Source of the DNA: Nostoc sp. PCC 7120 = FACHB-418 | Lineage (GTDB): Bacteria; Cyanobacteriota; Cyanobacteriia; Cyanobacteriales; Nostocaceae | Direction: 5' to 3' | Assembly: GCF_000009705.1 (NCBI RefSeq) | Contig: NC_003272.1 | Coordinates: 5,550,001 to 5,582,000 of the forward strand | Length of the DNA: 32,000 bases | Shown: positions 17,066 to 26,120 of the stretch, piece after piece | Layout of the letters: every line of letters begins with the position of its first letter | Position numbering within the stretch: the stretch's first letter is position 1 | The notes under the pieces: generated by a model | What the model was told of the DNA's origin: nothing | Seen by the model: the letters and a program-made list of their open reading frames with translations, nothing else | The model's database searches: none | Position numbers and translations under genes: made by a program

Positions 17066-17277
17066 TCTGGTTTAATAATCTGAATGAAGACGGGTAAGTG
17101 ATGAAGTAAATCGCATTACTTCCGAGTTTTGATCGTTAAGAACTCACAGATATTGTAATACACTGTTGGCGCTGGCATTTAGGCATTGCTTTGATCGGGT
17201 ATAGGGATGTTGACTACGTATGCCCATGTAATTTTTGCATCAAGCTCTGATTTTTTTGTGTGTATGAGTAAGTTCTG

Positions 17278-18960
17278 TTAGGGTGAACTTTGTGCCTCAG
17301 GAATAGATATTGGAGTTTCTGTAGGCGTGAGGGTTGGTGTCGGGGTTTCCGTAGGCGTTGGTGTCGGTGTTGGGGTCTCTGTAGGCGTAAGGGTTGGTGT
17401 TGGAGTTTCCGTAGGCGTTGGTGTGAGGGTTGGTGTTGGGGTCTCCGTAGGCGTGAGGGTTGGTGTTGCTGGAATGGCTTTTTCTATGGCTACATTCAAA
17501 CTGTAGTCACTTGCAGCCACCCCTGGAGCTAAAGTTAACTGAATAGTATATCTTCCAGTATTGGGTAATGTACCTACGTAGTTGGTCACTTGCTGGGCGC
17601 TACTATCAATTGGCTGTTGATTCCTGCCCACAATAGTTAACGACACACCTTCACTTTGGTCAACAAAGGTAGTTACCTTATCTCCTGCTTCCCCAAAAAA
17701 ACTGTATTGAATAATCTGATTTGTTTGGATAGTATCTGCAACCGTAGCTGTATTAGAGTTTCCTAAATTGAGACGCTTGTTTAAAACTACTGGTTCTGGA
17801 GTTTCGGTTGAGAAAGTAGTACCACCTGTAACTACTGGTGAGGGGAAGGTTTGGGGTGGTGGTGTTTCACCTGGCTGTGATGATGAGTGGCTGCGAATAG
17901 AACTTACCAGCGCCCAAGAACCGACACCAGCCAAAATGACTACAGCAGTACCTATAGCCCCCAAAGCCAAAGGGTTATCTAAAACTGAAGTACTACGACT
18001 GGGGGGAATTACGGGTTCAAATTTGTTTGGTGCAGGTGGTGGTGCTACAAAGTCAGGACGACGACCGACCGCAATTGTTTGCACACGGGAAACATTAGGA
18101 AGAGAAACACCAACATTGGGTTGGTCTATGGCTTGTAATGCTTGGGATACTTCTGCCGCAGTTTGGAAGCGATCGCCTGGTGCATGACTCAACATCCGAT
18201 TTATAATCTGAGCAAAGACGGGATTTACTCTCACCCACCTTTGCCAAGTCCAACTCAGTTGGTTCTCATCAAATAATTCTGATGCTTCCTTCCCCGTCAA
18301 TAAGACTATCGCGGTGACTGCTAGAGCATACAAATCACTGCTAGGATAAGCCCTTCCTGTTTGCATTTGCTCACTAGGGGAGTAGCCCAATTTTCCGACG
18401 GAGGTAACTGGCGTTGTCATCTCTGGAGACTGCAAGCGCGTCGCTAGTTCTTTGACTACCCCAAAGTCAATCAACACTGGCTTAGAATCACTATCCCGTA
18501 AAATAATATTATCTGGAGAAATATCTCGGTGAATAATGCCGCGCCCGTGGAGATGTTCCAGAACTGGTAACAATGACCGGATTAACTGTAATACTTCTAA
18601 CTCCGTGAAAGCTTGACCGATAGCTTGTCGTTCCTTCAATATATCCCAATAAGTCTTCCCAGCTACATAGTCTTGTACCAAGAATAAGCGTTGGTCTTGC
18701 TCAAATTTTTCGCGGAATTTTGGCACTTGGGGATTTTCTATCTGATATAAGATAGCCGCTTCTCTGTGAAACAGCTCTTGAGCCTTTTCCCAAGCAACAG
18801 TCCCTGTCGCCGTAGGAATCAGTTCCTTAATCGCACACAGTTCGTTAAAGCGTCTCTGGTCTTCCGCTAGATAGGTTCTACCAAATCCTCCTTGTCCGAG
18901 AATTTGCACAATGCGGTAACGATTTTGCAGGACAGTGCCAATTAAAATTGGTGGTTGCAT
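17278..18960 (-). CDS. Ser/Thr protein kinase with TM helix, extracytoplasmic domain and C-terminal Pro/Thr repeat
   Basis: Hanks motifs are present: [32 protein letters not shown] helix [23 protein letters not shown] prefer the ATG at 18960 over the listed TTG at 18966. Confidence 0.9.
   Translation of the reverse strand: MQPPILIGTVLQNRYRIVQILGQGGFGRTYLAEDQRRFNELCAIKELIPTATGTVAWEKAQELFHREAAILYQIENPQVPKFREKFEQDQRLFLVQDYVAGKTYWDILKERQAIGQAFTELEVLQLIRSLLPVLEHLHGRGIIHRDISPDNIILRDSDSKPVLIDFGVVKELATRLQSPEMTTPVTSVGKLGYSPSEQMQTGRAYPSSDLYALAVTAIVLLTGKEASELFDENQLSWTWQRWVRVNPVFAQIINRMLSHAPGDRFQTAAEVSQALQAIDQPNVGVSLPNVSRVQTIAVGRRPDFVAPPPAPNKFEPVIPPSRSTSVLDNPLALGAIGTAVVILAGVGSWALVSSIRSHSSSQPGETPPPQTFPSPVVTGGTTFSTETPEPVVLNKRLNLGNSNTATVADTIQTNQIIQYSFFGEAGDKVTTFVDQSEGVSLTIVGRNQQPIDSSAQQVTNYVGTLPNTGRYTIQLTLAPGVAASDYSLNVAIEKAIPATPTLTPTETPTPTLTPTPTETPTPTLTPTETPTPTPTPTETPTPTLTPTETPISIPEAQSSP
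17311..17469. repeat. imperfect tandem DNA repeats encoding the (TPTxTPTE/TPTP)n tail of the kinase
   Basis: Recurring ggcgtgagggttggtgt / ggcgttggtgt / ggggtctc(c/t)gta units. The protein tail reads [53 protein letters not shown]. Confidence 0.85.
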
Positions 18961-19179
18961 GATCAATCAGTAGAGTGTAATAGCAACTCAGGAGGGAGTA
19001 AGTCACCCACCAAGATAAATCAAAGCGGCGACAGACAGTTACCTGCGGCGATATTCTACCCTACACAGCAGGTAAACTGGCAACTAATGTGTTGTATGAC
19101 TATTGTGCAACGCTCGGCAACCTTTGGATCTACCATCAACAATGGTGCCTCAAATGAAAGGCGATCGTCTACTCTTTTA

Positions 19180-19388
19180 AGACTTACGCACCCAGGTTGT
19201 CTGTTGAGACCGGGTGTAAGGGTTTCCAATATTTATACACGCCAGTTTGCTCAAGTCGGGAAACTCCTTCGGATTCGGCAGTCCACCCGGCGGCATAGCC
19301 GCACGTGTGGCTGCACTCACCGCCCACGCAACTGGCTCCCCTATACCCTTGTCCAAACCCTTGATGTTTTATTTTTCTGCGTAAGTCC
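19180..19388. mobile_element. MITE-like element, copy 2 (about 209 bp), carrying a nested hairpin repeat
   Basis: Ends AGACTTACGCA (19180-19190) and TGCGTAAGTCC (19378-19388). Same internal blocks as copy 1. It is about 40 bp longer because of the insert at 19241-19336. Confidence 0.75.
19241..19336. repeat. hairpin-ended dispersed repeat, copy nested in MITE 2
   Basis: Ends GCCAGTTTGC...GCAACTGGC are complementary. Shares TTGCTC.AAG.CGGGAAAC and CACC..CGCA..TGGCTC blocks with 19898-19984. Confidence 0.65.
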
Positions 19389-19897
19389 TATCTCTTAAAC
19401 AACGTCACCCATAAGGCGTAACCAGCTTTCTTCTTCTGGCAGCCAATAACCTCCTCAAGCAAGGGTTTCACCTTTTATTGGTTGCAATTCAGGTGGGAAT
19501 TTTTTGTCAATTTCGATCAAAAGCCTGAGGTAATAATCAAAAAGGGGAGCTTGTGGAAATTAACTACAATTTTTTCCACAGAAATTTCTCAATTCATAGA
19601 AATACGGTATTGATGGTTTTAATTGTCGTGGTAGAATTTGTTCTACTTTCATGCCGATGTCTGTCAGGCACTTTCATAAAACAGTTCAATAGACTCAAAA
19701 AAATCTTTTTGAAGGCAGGCAACAATCATTCCCACGCATTTCGTAGATTTAAATAAGCTTGTGAAAAATAGCAGAAAAATTTTGTAGTTAGACTCATACT
19801 CCCTTCGCTCTAAAATGGGCGATCGCTCACTCTGGATCTAAGTATCTTTAGGGTGGGCAATGTCCACTTATGATGGTTGTGGTGGGCAATGCCAAAC

Positions 19898-19984
19898 GCC
19901 ACTTGCTCCAAGCCGGGAAACCCTTTCAGCAGTTACTCCACTTGGGGAAACCCCAAGACCGTACTGCTTCACCAACGCAGTGGC
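19898..19984. repeat. hairpin-ended dispersed repeat, free-standing copy
   Basis: Ends GCCACTTGC...GCAGTGGC. The internal blocks are conserved with 19241-19336. Confidence 0.65.
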
Positions 19985-20549
19985 TCTCCTACGTATATTT
20001 CAGAAATCAAATACTAGTCCTATATCAGCTTTCAGTCGGTAAGCTAATAACTCATCAACTATAATCTGAATGGATGATAGTTAAGATGAATTTATAAACT
20101 GAAAAAAATTGTTGATGACCAGTCAAAAATTTAGTTTGTCAGTTTATATTATAATTTTGAGACTAATATCGTAGAATATTGAATGAACCTTGAAAATTCA
20201 TTAAGGTTTTCGTCTGTTAATGATTCTATTTCTTAATTGCTATTAGGATAAAACCAACTAACTAATTTAATGGTTGATCCTCCGTCAGCAATATATAGAA
20301 GAAGTCTCTCAGTCTAAATAGACTCAGAAAATCTGGTTTTGCTGGTAATGCACAAGAATTAAACTAGTTTCTGCTAGTCCGTGGGTTAATCGGCATGATG
20401 CTTTGTTTATCAAAAGGAACGAAAAGTGAGCAGATGATGATTATATTGAGAAATATTTAAAGTATTTATGAAAGCTTCAAAAAAACACACAGATGTTTTT
20501 TTTGCTCTCTTTCAGTTAAATCCACCAAATATCTAATGCTAAGATTGCC

Positions 20550-21566
20550 ATGAATGCACATCGAGGATCTGCTGTGCTCAGTTCTGCAACTTTTAAACTG
20601 CAGCCAACTGCAACAGGACTGACTGAAAATCATCGCCTGCGGCTGTTTTCTGGCTCTTCTAACGTACAACTTTCTCAAGAAGTCGCTCGTTACCTGGGTA
20701 TGGACTTAGGCCCCATGATCCGCAAAAGATTTGCGGATGGTGAACTGTATGTTCAAATTCAGGAATCGATTCGGGGTTGCGATGTCTACCTCATCCAACC
20801 ATGTTGTCAACCAGTGAACGATCACTTAATGGAATTACTAATTATGGTTGATGCCTGTCGGCGCGCTTCTGCGCGACAGGTGACAGCAGTAATTCCTTAC
20901 TATGGTTACGCTCGTGCTGACCGTAAAACCGCAGGGAGAGAATCAATCACTGCCAAGTTGGTTGCTAACCTGATTACTCAAGCCGGAGCTAATCGCGTCT
21001 TGGCAATGGATTTACACGCTGCTCAAATTCAGGGATACTTCGATATTCCGTTTGATCATGTGTACGGTTCACCGGTCTTGCTAGATTATCTAACAAGCAA
21101 ACAACTGCATGATATTGTAGTGGTTTCCCCCGACGTTGGTGGTGTAGCGAGAGCAAGAGCATTTGCGAAAAAGCTCAATGATGCCCCACTGGCAATTATT
21201 GACAAACGCCGTCAGGCTCATAACGTCGCCGAAGTTTTAAATGTGATTGGTGATGTCAAAGGCAAAACCGCAGTTTTGGTTGATGACATGATCGATACTG
21301 GTGGCACAATTGCCGCCGGCGCTAAATTATTACGTGAAGAAGGGGCGCGTCAGGTATACGCTTGTGCAACCCATGCAGTCTTCTCTCCTCCTGCTGTTGA
21401 ACGATTGTCCAGTGGCTTGTTTGAGGAAGTAATTGTCACCAATACAATACCCATACCAGAAAGCGATCGCTTTCCCCAACTAGTAGTGTTATCAGTCGCT
21501 AACTTGTTAGGGGAAACCATCTGGCGGATTCATGAAGATACATCTATAAGTAGTATGTTCCGCTAG
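20550..21566 (+). CDS. prs: ribose-phosphate pyrophosphokinase (PRPP synthetase)
   Basis: 338 aa. LRLFSGSSN..LSQEVA N-terminus, the DLHA..IQGYFD motif and the PRPP-binding loop VLVDDMIDTGGT. Confidence 0.95.
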   Translation: MNAHRGSAVLSSATFKLQPTATGLTENHRLRLFSGSSNVQLSQEVARYLGMDLGPMIRKRFADGELYVQIQESIRGCDVYLIQPCCQPVNDHLMELLIMVDACRRASARQVTAVIPYYGYARADRKTAGRESITAKLVANLITQAGANRVLAMDLHAAQIQGYFDIPFDHVYGSPVLLDYLTSKQLHDIVVVSPDVGGVARARAFAKKLNDAPLAIIDKRRQAHNVAEVLNVIGDVKGKTAVLVDDMIDTGGTIAAGAKLLREEGARQVYACATHAVFSPPAVERLSSGLFEEVIVTNTIPIPESDRFPQLVVLSVANLLGETIWRIHEDTSISSMFR

Positions 21567-21642
21567 CCCAAACAAGACTGTCTTTCCTGTTACAGTCAAA
21601 CAAAAAAATATATGAAGTATGAAGTGAGGAATATTTCAGCCT

Positions 21643-22224
21643 TCATGCTTCAGATTTTTTCTGAGATGCTAAATCCTCAATTTGGGTAACTACCCGTGCT
21701 AGTTCTGCAACAATGGCCCTAGTTTCAGTCTTTTGATAAGCATCCACCAGCGATCGGTAATACCAAAGAGTACCAGTTTTACCACCTTGGAAGCGTTCCC
21801 AAAGGGATTCACCCACAAGGCGATAATCTTGGAGAATTGACCGAGCATTGTGGAGTTTATCAGCAGCTGATACCAGTAGCACTGATGGAGAGGCGGTAGA
21901 AATATGAGCAATATAAGCCTCCTTGCGTCGTTTCCAAGGAGGCTTTGGTATTGTATCAGCGTCTGTACAACCATCAACAATTGCCGTGACAGTTTCGCCA
22001 AAGCGGCGACGAATTTCTTCTCTTGTCGCTGCGCCACCTTGGTCTTCCACCGCGTCGTGTAAAAGTGCTGCTATGGCTTCATCTTCATTGGCTCCATATT
22101 CTAAGGCAATACTGGCGACACCCAACAAATGAGCCACATAAGGGATACCCGAACCTTTACGGACTTGGTGAGCGTGGAGTTGAGTAGCGTAAGTCAAAGC
22201 TTGGGTAAAGCGTTCTGAAAGCAT
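21643..22224 (-). CDS. HD-domain protein, RelA/SpoT-hydrolase-like (small alarmone hydrolase-type)
   Basis: 193 aa. HxxQxRK..G.PY..H (QLHAHQVRKGSGIPYVAHLLGV) and LLHDAVED motifs of the (p)ppGpp hydrolase HD fold. No synthetase domain. Confidence 0.75.
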   Translation of the reverse strand: MLSERFTQALTYATQLHAHQVRKGSGIPYVAHLLGVASIALEYGANEDEAIAALLHDAVEDQGGAATREEIRRRFGETVTAIVDGCTDADTIPKPPWKRRKEAYIAHISTASPSVLLVSAADKLHNARSILQDYRLVGESLWERFQGGKTGTLWYYRSLVDAYQKTETRAIVAELARVVTQIEDLASQKKSEA

Positions 22225-22351
22225 AAGGAAGAGAGGGTGGTGTTTAGAACTAGAAAAATATTGGCAGAAAAGTTAAAAGTGTTAAGTGTTGACCCTGATG
22301 TTATTTAGTTTTGGTTAAGTATGATCGTAGTGCGGTAAATATCTTCGATTT

Positions 22352-22476
22352 TGTCAGTGGTCAGTAGTCAGAGGTAAAACAATTAACAACTGACACGCGC
22401 AACGCAATAAAAAACAACTGAAATTAACAACTGTACAGACGCGATTAATCGCGTCTCTAACAACTGACCACTGACA
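22352..22476. repeat. composite repeat: inverted STRR arms enclosing the 26-nt palindromic element (copy A)
   Basis: TGTCAGTGGTCAGT (22352-22365) is the exact reverse complement of ACTGACCACTGACA (22463-22476). The core GTACAGACGCGATTAATCGCGTCTCT includes the 20-nt palindrome at 22437-22456. Confidence 0.85.
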
Positions 22477-22615
22477 CAGGCAAAACGGTAAAGATAGAGC
22501 TTGCTAGATATCAGTATAGGGAGGCTAGATTTTTAAGATTTTATGTGACAACCGGATCTTTTTACTCCTAAAATCGAAGACAAGGTAAAGTTCAATAGAA
22601 CAACAGCCTAAATTT

Positions 22616-23554
22616 ATGATTCTTTTAAAAAATCCAGGGTTAAAAGCTATTACTAAATCTCCAATGGTAGATCGGATAAACGATATTGCTTGGCAAGCTC
22701 ACCAAGGAAGCGTTGCGGCAATTATTCAACTATTAAACGAAAAGCTCACCAAATCTGGTGTGAGAATCAGGGCTGTTTTTGCTGATGGTGTCCTACAACT
22801 ATTATGCGAAGCAGCCAAGGTAGAACAACTTGAGCAATCTAGTCTGGTAGAGCAAATCCAGCATATTCTGGAATCAATTGCACCGCGCCATATTCGCCGC
22901 ATCAAAATTAACAGTCGGATTGTTCGGGAACAACAACTGCTATGGTTGACAGAAATTGACCGCGATCGCGAGAATCAATTACTCTGGTCACAAGAAATTA
23001 CCCTTGCTCAACCCAATGTCCTCAAGCAACTCATCAGCGATTTCCAAGAAGCCCAAGCCGAACAAGGACAAGTAAATTTACGCGAACTCTCACCACTGCA
23101 TAACAAAGGTAAACAAAAAAAGGTCTCCCAGGTTAAGTTGCGGTCAGCATTTGCTTTATGTTTGTTGCTATCGGTTGGGTGGATTTTTTATAGTCAGTTT
23201 GGTGAACAACTCCAAAATTCAGCGCAGCTAGACAATCACAATTCTTTAGCTACAGCCAACACTAACGGGAAAAAATCAGCAGTACTGAACAAGGCTTTTA
23301 ATAGTGGCGCTACTAACGAATCTGAAGACTCCTTTGCTTCGGCTGTACGCCTTGCTAATCAAGCCTCCGCATCTGGTAAAACAGCCACTAGTGCAACTCA
23401 ATGGTTGGAGTTAGCGGCTATGTGGCAACGAGCATCTGATTTAATGAGTGCAGTACCAGCCAATCACAAGCGTTACCAGGAAGCTAAGATACGTACTCAG
23501 CTATATAAGAAATATAGTGAGGCGGCACAAAAAGAAGCTGATAAATCTCCATGA
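22616..23554 (+). CDS. hypothetical protein with a central TM helix
   Basis: 312-aa ORF. TM helix AFALCLLLSVGWIFY. The start is uncertain, with an alternative Met at 22664. No family recognised. Confidence 0.6.
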   Translation: MILLKNPGLKAITKSPMVDRINDIAWQAHQGSVAAIIQLLNEKLTKSGVRIRAVFADGVLQLLCEAAKVEQLEQSSLVEQIQHILESIAPRHIRRIKINSRIVREQQLLWLTEIDRDRENQLLWSQEITLAQPNVLKQLISDFQEAQAEQGQVNLRELSPLHNKGKQKKVSQVKLRSAFALCLLLSVGWIFYSQFGEQLQNSAQLDNHNSLATANTNGKKSAVLNKAFNSGATNESEDSFASAVRLANQASASGKTATSATQWLELAAMWQRASDLMSAVPANHKRYQEAKIRTQLYKKYSEAAQKEADKSP

Positions 23555-23639
23555 TGACTAAGCGATTCAAAAGCGTATGAACTGTGTCACGCAGAGAGAA
23601 TTTTTAGATTTGAGGATTGGGAAAACAGAGATGATATGG

Positions 23640-23667
23640 AAAATGGGGAAACGTGATTTCCCCATTT
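23640..23667. terminator. bidirectional terminator hairpin between convergent genes
   Basis: Perfect 11-bp stem AAAATGGGGAA/TTCCCCATTTT with loop ACGTGA. The A/T runs are part of the stem on both strands. Confidence 0.75.
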
Positions 23668-23696
23668 TATTTGTAAAAAATATAAGAATTTATTGA

Positions 23697-24671
23697 CTAA
23701 TTACTCATCTCTAACATTCGTTGCATTGGTCGCAGAGCCGCGAGTCGGATATCTTCCGACATGGTAATTTCCGGAGTACGATTTTTCATTGCCCAGTAGA
23801 GTTTTTCTAGGGTGTTTAACCGCATAAATGGACATTCATTGCAAGCACAATTATTTATGGGTGGCGCAGGAATAAAATGCTTGTTAGGTGCTAGTTTCTG
23901 CATTTGGTGGATAATTCCTGGCTCAGTCGCCACGATAAATTCTTGACTGGGGCTGGTTTGACAGTATTGGAGTAAGGCTGCTGTAGAGCCGATAAAACTA
24001 GCGTGACGCAAGACACTACTTTCACATTCTGGGTGAGCGATCGCCTCTGCTTGGGGATGAGCGACTTTTAATTGTACAATCTTCTTCTCAGAAAAGGTTT
24101 CATGCACCAAACAGCTACCTTGCCACAGTACCAAATCCCGTCCCGTTTGCTCCATCACATAACGCCCCAAATTTCTGTCAGGAGCAAAAATAATCGGCTG
24201 TTCTTTAGGGATTTGCTGCACAATTTTCACGGCGTTGGAACTGGTGCAGATAATATCGCTCATAGCTTTAATTTCAGCAGAGCAGTTAATATAGGAAACT
24301 ACTAAATGATCGGGATGTGCTGCTTTAAAAGCGGCAAATTCTTTTGGTGGACAACTATCTGCTAAAGAACAACCCGCATTTAAATCTGGTAACAGTACCA
24401 ATTTTTCGGGATTAAGAATCTTGGCTGTCTCTGCCATAAAATGAACACCAGCAAAGACTATCACATCTGCATTAGTCTGAGCTGCGGCTCTAGCTAGTTG
24501 TAATGAATCGCCTATAAAGTCTGCAATATCTTGAATATCCGGCTCTTGATAATAATGCGCCAAAATAACCGCATTGAGTTCTTTTTTCAGACTCTCAATA
24601 GCGGCAAATAAATCTAGTGGTAGTCCACCTGGTTGAGTCTGTTCCCGTTGAGCAAAGGCAGTGGTAAACAC
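23697..24671 (-). CDS. nadA: quinolinate synthase
   Basis: 324 aa, apparent GTG start. NadA motifs are present: [32 protein letters not shown]. Confidence 0.9.
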   Translation of the reverse strand: MFTTAFAQREQTQPGGLPLDLFAAIESLKKELNAVILAHYYQEPDIQDIADFIGDSLQLARAAAQTNADVIVFAGVHFMAETAKILNPEKLVLLPDLNAGCSLADSCPPKEFAAFKAAHPDHLVVSYINCSAEIKAMSDIICTSSNAVKIVQQIPKEQPIIFAPDRNLGRYVMEQTGRDLVLWQGSCLVHETFSEKKIVQLKVAHPQAEAIAHPECESSVLRHASFIGSTAALLQYCQTSPSQEFIVATEPGIIHQMQKLAPNKHFIPAPPINNCACNECPFMRLNTLEKLYWAMKNRTPEITMSEDIRLAALRPMQRMLEMSN

Positions 24672-24818
24672 AGTTAGGGTTACTTTTTATTACAAATTTT
24701 GTCTGGTTATTTAATTATAGTAGTTTTTACCAAAAGTAGATGCTGGGTTAATACCCCTAAATAGTGTCCAAATCCGGCTGAGTTTCCTATGCTGGAAATA
24801 TACGGCAAGGAAAGTGGC

Positions 24819-25748
24819 ATGACCAGTCAAAAATATCAATCCAAAACTCTGAAAATTGCTGTAGTTGGAGATATCCATGATCAGTGGGAAGTAGAAGATG
24901 GCATGGCACTCAAGCATTTGGGTGTGGATTTGGTGCTATTTGTGGGGGATTTTGGTAATGAGTCGGTGGAAGTGGTAAGAGCGATCGCATCCCTGAATAT
25001 TCCCAAAGCGGCAGTTATGGGTAACCATGATGCGTGGTACACTGCCACAGAATGGGGACGAAAGAAATGCCCTTATGATCGCACCAAAGAAGACTGGGTA
25101 CAGGAACAATTAGATTTACTTGGTTCAGCCCATGTGGGTTACGGTAAACTGGATTTCCCCGAATGGAATTTAACCGTGGTGGGTGGTCGTCCTTTTAGTT
25201 GGGGTGGTCATGAATGGAGATTTGCTGATATCTGTAAAGAGCGTTATGGTGTGACCACCCTGGAAGAATCAGCACAGAGAATATTTGCATCGGTAAAAAG
25301 TGCAGCCTGTGAGACAATTATCTTTCTTGGTCATAACGGGCCGAGTGGATTAGGCGATCGGCCAGAAGACCCATGTGGTAAAGATTGGCATCCCATAGGC
25401 GGCGACTTTGGCGACCCAGATTTAGCCGAAGCGATTTCTCTGACGATGACGGCTGGTAAACAAATTGCCCTGGTGACATTTGGTCATATGCACCACACGT
25501 TACGACACACCAAAAAAGAACTACGCAAACCCATCTTTAAAAGTCCAGAGGGGATAGTTTACCTGAACGCCGCCAGTGTACCCAGGATTGTAGAAGGTGA
25601 AAGCGGCAAATTGCGGAATTTTTCCCTGGTTTCCCTAGAGGCGGGTGAGGTGACGCAAGCTTCATTAATTTGGGTGGGCGAAGATTTTCAGGTGGCGAAA
25701 GAGGAAATTTTTTATGAGCGATCAACTCCAGTAGTACCATCTGTGTAG
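24819..25748 (+). CDS. calcineurin-like metallophosphoesterase
   Basis: Motifs IAVVGDIHD, FVGDFGNE, GNHD and FGHMHH. I prefer the ATG at 24819, which is preceded by AAGGAAAG, over the listed 24789. Confidence 0.8.
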   Translation: MTSQKYQSKTLKIAVVGDIHDQWEVEDGMALKHLGVDLVLFVGDFGNESVEVVRAIASLNIPKAAVMGNHDAWYTATEWGRKKCPYDRTKEDWVQEQLDLLGSAHVGYGKLDFPEWNLTVVGGRPFSWGGHEWRFADICKERYGVTTLEESAQRIFASVKSAACETIIFLGHNGPSGLGDRPEDPCGKDWHPIGGDFGDPDLAEAISLTMTAGKQIALVTFGHMHHTLRHTKKELRKPIFKSPEGIVYLNAASVPRIVEGESGKLRNFSLVSLEAGEVTQASLIWVGEDFQVAKEEIFYERSTPVVPSV

Positions 25749-25827
25749 ATGATAGGATATAGTATTATCTGTCAGCTTTATTGCTCACCCACAAAAACAC
25801 GGGTGGCAGTGGCTCGACAGTTTATTT

Positions 25828-25912
25828 GGAGAGGTGGCAGAGTGGTCGAATGCACTCGACTTGAAATCGAGCGAGGCGAAAACCTCCGGGAGTTCGAATC
25901 TCCCCCTCTCCG
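25828..25912 (+). tRNA. tRNA-Ser (anticodon UGA)
   Basis: Manual fold of 85 nt. Acceptor GGAGAGG/CCTCTCC, anticodon stem CTCGA/TCGAG with loop CTTGAAA, long variable arm GAGG-CGAAAA-CCTC, T arm GGGAG-TTCGAAT-CTCCC, discriminator G. Confidence 0.95.
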
Positions 25913-26120
25913 TTGATTTGATTATTGATATTGCTGTAAGCCACCCGATTTCAATCGACGGTGTTGACATAGCTCATGCTAAAAGACACCGAGAGCTAAT
26001 TACTTAGCCTCTCCTCCACTTGATGAGGGTTCCCAGGCTCAACCGCCAACGCAGTTGATATTCCCTGTCTTGCAACAGGCTCCTTGGACGTACTTTTATC
26101 CTGTTTTCGAGGGACTCCCG
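25913..26120 (-). ncRNA. predicted TnpB guide RNA (omega/reRNA) region: tnpB 3' end plus right end
   Basis: By analogy to characterised TnpB elements. The 83-nt tail after the stop contains a bulged hairpin CACC(GT)CGAT-TGAA-ATCG-GGTG (plus-strand coordinates 25942-25963). The extent and 3' end are not determined. Confidence 0.35.

Noticed and set aside
17290-18187. ORFs 17290-17532(+) and 17768-18187(+), antisense to the kinase
   Set aside because: The first is the complement of the Pro/Thr repeat, which gives a WCRG-rich product. The second overlaps the kinase linker. The kinase frame has unambiguous Hanks motifs.
18955-19398. 147-aa ORF 18955-19398(+)
   Set aside because: It runs through the MITE and its nested repeat, is Arg/Cys-rich and has no RBS.
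19553-20064. ORFs 19553-19756, 19860-20042 and 19870-20064 (+)
   Set aside because: The sequences are low-complexity or repeat-derived. Two of them overlap in different frames across the dispersed repeat.
25785-25970. 61-aa ORF on the minus strand
   Set aside because: It is antisense to tRNA-Ser and to the IS right end. The tRNA fold explains the sequence.
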